From the NCBI RefSeq assembly GCF_009914755.1, contig NC_060929.1: a stretch of DNA of 64,000 nt. One strand, given 5' to 3'. The position numbers and the translations under genes were made by a program. The notes under the pieces are model-generated. The model was given only the letters and a program-made list of their open reading frames with translations. It did no database searches and had not been told where the DNA came from. Below, piece by piece: positions 52,942 through 64,000 of this stretch (position 1 is the first letter of the stretch; every line of letters starts with the position of its first letter). This stretch comes from the human T2T-CHM13v2.0 reference genome, Homo sapiens.

Positions 52942-53290
52942 TAGTTTCTGTTTGTTTTGTGTTGCTATAACAGAGTACCTGAGACTGGATAATTTATAAG
53001 GAACAGAGATTTATTTCTTACAGTCTGGAGGCTGGGAAATCCAAGGTTGAGGGCTGTGTCTGGTGAGGGTGGAAGGTGGAAGGACTGGAGAGTGTGCATG
53101 AAGGGGACTGAACTCCTTCTTCTACCAGAAGCCCGCTCACCACCTGTGAGGGCAGCCAGAATCCTTCATGAGGCAGAACCCTCATGACCTCAGTACCTCT
53201 GAAGGCCCCGCCCTGTCTCTCAACACTGTTGCATTGACTATTCAGTTTCCAACAGAGGAACTTTGGGGGAGCACATTCAAACCATAGTAC
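52942..53290 (-). mobile_element. MST-like MaLR LTR
   Basis: TTGCTATAACAGAGTACCTGAGACTGGATAATTTATAAGGAACAGAGATTTATTTC...CACATTCAAACCATAG. Confidence 0.85.
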
Positions 53291-53375
53291 CTGGTAAGGT
53301 AATTAATGAGTTTTTAAAATATGTTTATGAAATCATGAGTGTAAAAATTTGTGTTTCCACATTTTGCAGTTATAA

Positions 53376-53750
<375 letters not shown>

Positions 53751-53951
53751 GACTCCTCTTTTAACACAACCTTAGTTGCCTTAAAAACTTCCCTGACTTG
53801 TGCCACAGTAGAGTGTCTGAAGTTCATTCTATAACATTTCCTGTCCTGGACCCAGAATCAGTCATTTTTGAAAGAATCCAGTCCCTTCCCTTCGGTGTGA
53901 AATGGTGTTTAGAGACCACCATGTGGGCAGCAGGGGTCCTCATTGCCCTGA

Positions 53952-54286
<335 letters not shown>

Positions 54287-55510
54287 AGAAAGGGTGTGTG
54301 TGAACATCAGACATGGGATGAGTCACACTGATCCTTCCAAACTTAGTTCAGGGTTACAAGACTTCTGCTGAACCAGTGAGCTGACCTCTCTATTTCCTTC
54401 CCCACACTGAAAATCCTGATTTTTCAATAATAATTTCATTTGCTTTGGAAGCGGTTTTATTCTTAAGGTGTGTCCTGTTAGAAATGTTCCTGTTACTCTC
54501 TTAAAGTGTTGGGAATTCCTTAGGTCCATTTGTCTCTTTTAAAAGTTTAGTTTTCTAACTTTGAAAAATATAAAATATAGTCTCAGTCAGATTTATAAAA
54601 CTTGGAAGAAAGTCTAACGATCGTGCTCGCGTCCTCCTTCCTTTCCACCTCACAGTAGTAACTGTTCAGTGCTTTCTTCTTTGGATTTCATGTAAATCAG
54701 TGAATATGTAGGCGGACCCCTGGTATTCCCCACATGGATGAGTGGAAGCTTCCTGTCCACTTACCCACTGCCTGGCATCTCCACGTAGTCCTGTGTCCTC
54801 CTTCACCCCATCGCGGTATTATGGAGACACTTTTTTCATTCCGTTTTGATAGTAACTGAAAGCATCAGCACACAAGCAGGACGTGAAGTTACCAGAGTCT
54901 TTCCCGCACATGCCTATGAGTCATAAATGACCAGGTGGAAGACACAGTGGATGAGGAGACCCAGTGTACGGTAGCAGCAAACAAGAGAAAACACTTAGGA
55001 ACAACCTAACCGGCATTCAGGACCTCTGTGGCCCAAGGGGAAAGCCGGAAGGACATTGTTGGTCTAACGGATTGCAGAGCTACTGGCATTTTTGGCATTT
55101 TAGATAAATCTATTCCATCGGTATCATGTTTACTGAGGTGGATAACTGCATGGAGGTTCTGTGAGAGAATGTTCTTATGAAACGCACATGGGAGCCTGTG
55201 ACAGACAGGCCCGAGCAATACAAATGTCCTCAGGTGGGACAGAACGATGTGGTGGAGAGAAGAGGGCGTGGCAGAGCCCACGGGGCACGTGTCAGCATTT
55301 GCTGGGTCCACGGGGACAGAAGGGAAAGGCTCTGTGCTGCTGGGATTCTTGCAGTGCCTCTCCGCGTTTGGAACTTTATTCCAGTGAAAAGTAGATGTGT
55401 GTGTAGGCCCTGAATTTAATAAGGTCTACAATGATAATAGTTAAATGAAGCATGCACCATAGATTCGTGCTGATGGTACATGAATTTGTGTGTGGTGGGT
55501 TAAATTGTAG

Positions 55511-56313
<803 letters not shown>

Positions 56314-57025
56314 AATCCCTATGTAATCTTTTATGCCTGTTGATGAGTGTCATATACAGGACCATTGAGAAAAAAAAGAACACAGGACCGGAGAAAGAGA
56401 CCGTGGGCTGAAGCTGGGATGTGGAACTGGGGTGCAGGGTGGGAGGGAGGCTGCCACAGATCACTCAGGGACTCGGGCGGCTGCTGACCTGGGGTGCAGG
56501 GAGAGGGGGAGGCCACCGACCGTGGAGCACTCAGGGACTCAGGCGGCTGCTGGGGTTGGTGTTCTCCCCAAAGCAGAGTCCTGGTTAAGGGACTTTAACT
56601 TCGTTAGAGCTGACATTTATTAAAAGCTGTCATTATCTTGTTGCCTGTCCTGAAAAGGGGACAGTGTAACAGGCATAAATGGTTAAGCAGCCTAGAGTGG
56701 GACTGGGCACCCGGCATGTCCCCTCCTGGGCTCCAGCCCTGAAGGCCAAGCCTGGTTGTGCCTCACTGTCGTGTGCAGCACCCACCGCCTGCTCCAGGCC
56801 GCTGAGGTGTGGGGAGTGAATGGAGCTGCAGGCTGACAGTGATGTCCCTGGGGGTCCTAGGGGATGGCTGCGTAGCCCGGGGTGGGAGCCTGAGGCCAGG
56901 GGCTTCGGTCAGCCTGGAACCGAGATCGACAGTCTGCATTCTTACTTCAGTAGTAACTGCGTATTTTTGTTTCTGACAGTCTAAGTTTTATACATACATT
57001 TTCAATGCTTAATATCTAGATTTGA

Positions 57026-57136
<111 letters not shown>

Positions 57137-57241
57137 AGCGTGTGGCACGCCGGGGGTCCCGCAGCATCCTGTGAGCATTTCCGCGGGGAAGCTGAGCACG
57201 TGAAGCTCGCTGGTTCTGTGCGAAGGGTATTCCTGGTGCTG

Positions 57242-57247
57242 AATAAA
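57242..57247 (+). terminator. NDUFS6: NDUFS6 polyadenylation signal AATAAA
   Basis: Canonical hexamer ~105 nt after the stop, with a GT/T-rich downstream element (TTTGTAAGTTTGTTTCTTT). Confidence 0.9.
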
Positions 57248-57885
57248 GGGTGTTGCTGTCAAGGCTGACAATTTGTAAGTTTGTTTCTTTCATAGTCTGG
57301 GCTTTGGAAGTGAACATCCACGTGGACATGGGTAGACATGCGAGTGGAAGCAGTGCCCGCTCCAGTGAGCCTGAGCTGCCTCCTGCCGGCCGCTGCCTGC
57401 CTTACCGGCTGCTTCTGTGTGTCTCCTCTTATCCTTGGGGCCACGTGGGCTGCAGGAATGGGCGGGGGGCAGGGAAGGAGAAGGAGAAGTGCCTCTTGTT
57501 TTGCAGATGCAACTGTGCTTCAGAGAGCCAAGGTGGGTCTTGAGGTGCATAGTGAAGGAGGGTGCCCAGGCCTCAACTGGTCCTATGGGAAGGTCAGCCT
57601 CTCTCCTGTTGCTGGCTTGCAGAGCTGGTCTATCCGTCCGTCCTAGTCCCTATGTTGAAATGTCAGATCTTAAAACCCAAGAATTTAAGCACTGGTTTGA
57701 AGGCATCGAAAGTCACATACTGGCCACATTAAGGACAGTCTATGTTTTTAAAAGAGTAAGGATTATAATGTAGTGTAACATAAAAATAAAAGTAGATTTT
57801 GAGGGAAGAGAAAGGAGTCTTGCTAGAATGATCCAGGAGTCTGGCCTGTGAGTAACGGGAATTCCAGAGGAGGAAATACCAGAGC

Positions 57886-58114
57886 AGAGGGAAGGTAAGA
57901 GGGAAGGTGAGACGGAAGGTGAGAGGGAAGGCGAGAGGGAAGGCGAGTGGGAAGGCGAGAGGGAAGGCGAGTGGGAAGGCGAGAGGGAAGGCGAGAGGGA
58001 AGGCGAGAGGGAAGGCGAGTGGGAAGGCGAGAGGGAAGGCGAGTGGGAAGGCGAGAGGGAAGGCGAGAGGGAAGGTGAGAGGGAAGGTGAGAGGGATGGT
58101 GAGAGGGAAGGTGA
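57886..58114. repeat. Purine-rich 12-bp minisatellite GAGAGGGAAGG(C/T), ~19 copies
   Basis: Directly visible. Confidence 0.95.
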
Positions 58115-59599
58115 GGCAGAAACAGCAGAAACACATTTCCCAAGCCAAAGAAAAACCCACAGATCACAGGGCTCACCAAGTTCCTAGCAGTATTGGTGAG
58201 AAAAGACAACTAGGCATATTCTGGTTTAAGAAAAGAACTAAGCTGTAAACTTTAGAGTCTAGAAAAAAGAAAACCTTTTAAGCGCATGGATGAAAACAAA
58301 TTGTAGTGGAAAAGTGATCAGCGATCAGGTATCCACCTCTTTGTCTTTGATGCTGGAGGCTGGAAGAGTGAAACATTGTCCACAATCTTCATGTATAACC
58401 AAAGTTAAATTCCTTATCCTGAGAGGAAGACATTCTTGGATGTGGGAGAGTTCAGAGGTCATCATCCTGGACCCCACTGGGGAAGATACCTTGAGGAGAA
58501 GGCCTTACCCAGCAGACATGATCACAGCCCTCGGTGTGGGGAGGGAGGCTGAGGCAGGAGCGGCTGCTAGTGGGAACCAGTTCATTCCAGTGGCACGCTA
58601 CCCAGACATGCGTGTGAGGCCATGCTCCCGGGCTGCAGGGACAGTCCAATCATGTTGCCCTTGGTGCTGAGTTGGGAGGTCTGGGAGGGGGAGAGGGAAG
58701 AAGGGGATGCAGGCATCCAGGAGGTCTCTGGGTTGGGTGGGTGGAGGTGGAAGGAGGCTGAAGCTCCCTCTTGGAGTGGCGTGAAAACAAAATGGAGACA
58801 GATGTGATGGAGTACATTGATGCCACCTGGATTCGAAATAACTGTGGCGACATCTGTGAGCTGTCCCCGTGAGGGCCCAGAGAGGGAAGAGCAGCAGGCC
58901 AGGAAACTGAAAATGTGGATGCAGAATAACCAGGGATGGGGAGAGGTGAAGGGGTGGGGCCAGGGGAAGGGGGAGAGAAGGGAGGAGCGAGGACTCAGAG
59001 CCAGGAGCCAGGCCAGCCCCTGGGGGAGCCACTGGTGGAGATGAGGCCCCAAAGCTCCACCCTGGGCTACGGATGCACCCCCGCCGTCTCTAATATACCA
59101 CATGCTTGTCCTTCATCTGTTGGGCTACCATGCTGCTTTTCTTTACACGTGTTGACATGGTGAGTGACGTTAGTCAGTCCTGCATGTTCCAAGGTGGACC
59201 TGAGTGTAGGGGCAAGTCTTGCTTTTAATTCCCCTTTAAACACTGTCCTCCTTGGGTCTTCGTGTCAGGGCCGTGCTCACTTTGAGTTGGGAAACTGCCC
59301 ACATTTTCTGTTCTCTGGAAGAGAAGGTGTAGGATTGGGATTCCTGTTTCTTGCCTGGTGGAACTCGCAGGAAAGTCTTCTGGGCCTGGGTTTGTTGTGG
59401 GAAAGTGGGTATCTAAGATCAAGTCTCCTTGAGTAGTTACAGGACGTTCAGCCTTCTTGAGCCAGTGTTGTAGATTGTGTTTTTTCTAAAACTTGGACTC
59501 TCTTGCCGAGACTTTCAGAGTTTTACTGGCATGGAGATGAAGCTCAAGTATTTTCAAGATTTTTCAGTGTCTCGGGTTCACAGTGACACCCTCTTTTCT

Positions 59600-61400
59600 A
59601 ATGTTCGTCTGTGCCTTTGTTTTTTCCTAAGTCTCACCAGAGGTTGTCAGTAACATTTGTATTTCTAAGCGACCTTCAGCTTGGTGATCCACTCTGTTGT
59701 ATTTTTGGTTTCTACTTAATGTCTGCTCGTTATTTTCAGTTTCTACATTCTTGCTGTTTATTTTACTGTTCTGTTTATAACTTTCTGAGGTGGGTTAATT
59801 ATTTTGTTCCCAGCTTTTCTTCTTTTCATGTGTATTTCATGCTCTAAATTTCTTTCTAATCTCTGTTTCAGCTGCATTTCCCCTAATTTTGTAGGTTATT
59901 TTTTCATTACCATTCAGTTTTAAATATCTTACAAAAACGTGTTTATTAAAACAAAGTGTATGGGGTTTACACTTTTATGCTGATTTGTATTGTGGTCTGA
60001 GAACATCCTCAGATGAGTTCATTTGTGGGAAGTCTGTGGAGACTTGTTCCATGGTCCACCACATGCGTTTCTAGAAACGTCTTGCGCCTGCTCAGAATGT
60101 GAGTTCTTCGGGTTTCAGTGCAGGCTGACCCTTGTCCAGACCTCCCACTGCGGGCTCCCAGGGCCCCTCCCAGAGTTCTTGCTCTCTTCTTTTGTGCCTC
60201 TTTAAAGAACTACCTTTGAGGCTCTGCTGATAGTGTCTTTCATTTTAAAATGGCTTTATCTTTTCACTGAATGGAATCTTTTAACAACTTGCTTTCAAGT
60301 CTGTTCTGCCAGCATTTAACTGGGCTCTGCTGGCTTGGTCTGGTTACCTTTGCTTACTATGTTTGTTGAGTCCTTTCACCTGCATCTTAATGTAGACTTT
60401 GCTTCTGTTGCATCTCCTATGAAAATATAGCTGAATATGTGCTACCAGTTTAAAATTCTTTGTCTCTTACCTTGAGATTTTAGTCCATTTCTGTCTAGTG
60501 TAATTGCTGGCCTGCTTCAGTTTCAAGCCGCCATCTGTCCCAGCTGTTCCATGCTCCTGTGTCTCCTTTGTTTGGCAGAATTATTTTATCATTCTCTTTC
60601 CCTCCTAATACTTTAGAAGTTATTTTTTCTTCAAAACAGAAAAGCCACATACAAACTGGAGAAATTGTTGACAATGAAAATAATAAAAAAATTTCTCATA
60701 TAGCAAAATATAGGTCATAACCTATATTAATCAACATTAAAAAGACAGCTGCCTTTGAGGGAAATGGGAAAAAGCATAAAGATAGTTTATGAAAGAGGAA
60801 GCACAAAGGCCAGTGGTCATGTGTAAAGGCAGGTGTTGCATTTCCATGATGAGCTGATGTGAGGCCCCGTGGGCAAAGCAGTATAAGGAGCGGCTCTGGA
60901 TGTCTGGGCTGGGGGTCAGTTGTGCATCCAGAAGTGGAGGGAGCATCTTAGTATCTTAGTATTGGAAATTTATCCTAAGGAGTTGGTTGTCAAGTGTGAA
61001 AATTATACACAAAGCTGTCATAAAAGGACTGCTTATGGTAGGCAAATGATACAGAAATACAGGCCTGATTAAATAGGTTTCTTTTTCTTCTGCTTAATTC
61101 AATGAGATAGTATGAATCCATTGGAAATAATAATATGGACCAATATTCATTGATGTGGAATGAGTATGTTACATACGGTTGCATTAAGAAAGCAAGTAAC
61201 AGAATAGTTCTATAGAATGCCCACTGGTTGCGGCTGTAGTTGTAACTTGTTTGAGCATTCATGTATAAAGAGGTTCACCAAAACATTGACTGTGATTCTG
61301 GGAATGAGATTTGGGTGATTTTTACTACCCTTTCTGTACTTTTTGAGATTATTATAATAAATGTGTCACGGTAAATATGTTTTCCATACAAAATTTTACA
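59600..61400. mobile_element. Highly decayed L1M fragments (T-rich antisense, then A-rich sense)
   Basis: Strand asymmetry plus weak L1M motifs; boundaries are uncertain. Confidence 0.45.
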
Positions 61401-62607
61401 TGGGGAAATAATATTCTTATCAATGTAATGGATTGAGAATTTCAGAGAAGAAAAGATCTAATATTACTCATGAAGCAGACCAGTTTCAGCTTCTGTTATT
61501 TACAAAACCTACAGCAGCTATGTTCACATTACAGCATCCAAAATTTGTCATTCTAATCTGTGTCCTTAGACCTGTTCACAGAAACGATATGTCCCAGCTG
61601 CAATCTCTAAGGTGGATGCACAGGGCAGCTGGCCACTCTCAGAGCCAATTACCCTGATTGGATTTCTGCAGCACCCTGAGGAACAGCTGAGTCAGCAGCC
61701 CAGCCTTCCCCTGCAGAGCGTCTGCACTCGCCCTGGGTCCTGGAGGTAGAGAGCGGGCAAGCTCTGGTTTTTCAACCATGGTGCTTCTTGCTCCGCCAGG
61801 AAATAGGGCGCTGGCTGCGCCAGGGGAGGCGGCTGCTCCTGTGCCAGCTTGAGGGTCCCGTCTCTTCCCCACTCAGCCTGCCTTTACCTACACATGCCAG
61901 TTCCACCACCACACATTCCCTCTGCGTGGCTCACTTAGATATTACGGAATCTTGTCCCAGACAGTCCTCCTACAAATACTACCAACTGAGTTAGTGTTAG
62001 GAAGTTAAAACAAGTTTCCCATGGAAACCACATTCCAGCTCTTGCTTTTACCTTCCTGCTGGGACCGGGGTGACCAGGAAGCTGGAGTGAGACTCTGGGG
62101 CCCTGAGGGAGAGCCCTCACCACAGCTGCTCACCCTCCATCCTTTTGGGGCTGTAAATAAATGTTTGGCTGACTGCTCAACTCCCACATAGACCCGTGTT
62201 GCTGTTGCTCCGAGCTGACTTGAAGTGTGGGGGCTCATAACTCTGTTCTCAATCCTGCAGGTGGAGTTTAGCCACAGGTGGCCCATGCATTCTGAGGAAG
62301 TCTCTGTGTTTCAACTTAGGACAGACCCCCATGGCTGGCCTGGCGGGGACCCTGCAATGGAACATGAAGCTCCCTGAGCTCTCCCTGCTTCTTCATCTAC
62401 CTGGCCCTGAGGGTGGGGGGCGGTCGCCACTAGTCCTAGAGACATGGGGGGAGGAGTGCCTATTGTTTTGGTTTTTTACTTGCTTTGTATGTGCATACCA
62501 AACACCTAGTTTTATGGAAAATCAGATACATTTCTCCAATCCTGTAGTAAGGCTGAAGTGTGGGTATTACACATCTGGTAGTCTAGGCATAAAATGAATT
62601 TGGAAGG

Positions 62608-63558
62608 TGTGTGCTGATCTCCTAGGGCTGCCTAACAAACTAGTGCAAACTGGGTGGCTTCAAACAATAAATCCACTCCCTCACAGATGCCTAAAATCTG
62701 AGACCAAGGTGCTGACAGTGCCCTGCTCCCACTGAAGGCTCCAGGAAGGTCATTCCAGCCTCTCTTCCAGCTTCTGGTGGATGCTGGTGTGCTTCATAGT
62801 CTTTGGCCTTCCTTGACTGTCCTCAACATTCCTTGGCTTTCCTTGGCCATTCTTTGCTTTTCTTGGTGTTCCTTGGCCGTCCTTGGCCTTCTTTGGCGTT
62901 CTTTGGTCTTATTTTGCCTTCCTTTTATTTCCTTGGCGATCCTTCATCATCCTTGGCTGTCCTTGACATTCCTTGGCCTTCCTTTGCTGTCCTTTGCTTT
63001 TCTTGGTGCTCCTGGGCTGTCCTTGGCCATTCTTTGACCATCCTTGGCATTCCTGGGCTGTCCTTGGCCGTCCTCGGCTGTCCTTGGCCATCTTTGGCTG
63101 TCCTTGACATTCCTTGGCCATTCTTTGACCATCCTTGGCATTCCTGGGCTGTCCTTGGCTGTCCTCGGCTGTCCTTGGCCATCTTTGGCTGTCCTTGACC
63201 TTCCTTGGCCATTCTTTGGCCCTCCTTGGCGTTCCTCGGCCTTCATTGGCCATCCTTGGTGTCCTTGGCCTTTGTTGGCCTCCCTCGTCCTTCCTCAGTC
63301 ATCCTTGGACTTCCTTGGCATTCTTTGCTTTGTGTCTTCATCGCTTTATTCTCTGTGTTCGTCTTTATGTGGCCTTCTTCTTGTGTGTGTCTGTCTTCAT
63401 ATGGCTTTATAATAGACACCATTCATTGGATTTAGGGCCCTCCCTAACCCAGTATGACCTCGTCTTAACTAAATCTACAAAGACCTGATTTCCAAACAAC
63501 ATCACATTCTGAGGTTCTGAGCAGGCATGAATTTTGGTGGGCCGTACTTATCCCAGTG
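62608..63558 (-). mobile_element. MLT1C-like LTR with an internally expanded minisatellite
   Basis: CCTAGGGCTGCC...AAACTGGGTGGCTT...CTCTTCCAGCTTCTGGTGG on the left and CATTGGATTTAGGGCCC...TTTCCAAAC...CACATTCTGAGG on the right. Confidence 0.8.
62800..63330. repeat. Degenerate ~10-bp minisatellite (TCCTTGGCNN) with a 91-bp higher-order unit
   Basis: CCTTGGCCATTCTTTG recurs at 63021, 63112 and 63203. Confidence 0.92.
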
Positions 63559-64000
63559 TGGGAGACCAGGGTGTATGTCTCAACCCTTCTCACTAGAATG
63601 CAAACAAGACCCCCAGTTTGCAGGTATCAGACGTTCACAGACTTGGAGCCTGCTGAGGAAGGGGGACTGGAAGTCTGGAGCCACCAACCTGTTTAAGGTA
63701 CTTTTAACTGTTTTCCAGAGTAATGGTGACCTGGAAAGGAGAATAATTAGACTCTTCTATGACGGCTGAATGTTAGTTCTGAGCTGGCACTGATGCCAGG
63801 GGACCCAAAACACCACGGTGGCCTCCCCTTCCGTCCCTGGTCATGTTCTTTGCTCCAAAGCCTTCACTATCTGATTCGAGGATAGTAGCTCTTGCTTTCT
63901 TTGGTTAATGCTTGCCTGATGTGTTATTTTCCACCATTTTCCTCTCAGCCTGTATACATCCTCATATTTGAAGTGAGTTTCTTGTACACAGCACATAGTT

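Noticed and set aside
57729-58248. FPLA/LPSR/GKAR-repeat ORFs, and likewise the ORFs at 62777-63488
   Set aside because: They are by-products of 12-bp and 10-bp minisatellites.

Overview
Human genomic DNA: it contains an AluYa5 copy, a human-specific subfamily. The recognised genes place it at the chr5p15.33 MRPL36/NDUFS6 locus. The only supportable protein-coding genes are a head-to-head pair of nuclear-encoded mitochondrial genes. MRPL36 is on the minus strand with its CDS in one exon (39494-39805) and a non-coding first exon near 40640-40750. NDUFS6 is on the plus strand with 4 coding exons (42306-57136, 124 aa). The rest is intergenic or intronic DNA made of Alus, old L1 fragments, MaLR/ERV LTRs, DNA-transposon relics, many minisatellites and local duplications, and a few motif-dense AT-rich islands that look like developmental enhancers. 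The most unexpected structure is a 119-bp inverted repeat (114/119 identical) that encloses the NDUFS6 promoter and exon 1. If the enclosed segment inverted, NDUFS6 would be silently inactivated and its exon 1 could splice in frame to MRPL36. Other notable items are an 18-bp tandem repeat in which every unit is a splice donor for MRPL36, a TGAGGG-type telomere-variant array, an AluYa5/AluS inverted pair in NDUFS6 intron 2, and an LTR-derived minisatellite rich in NR5A/ERR-like sites. Repeat family names come from recalled consensus sequences and their boundaries are approximate.
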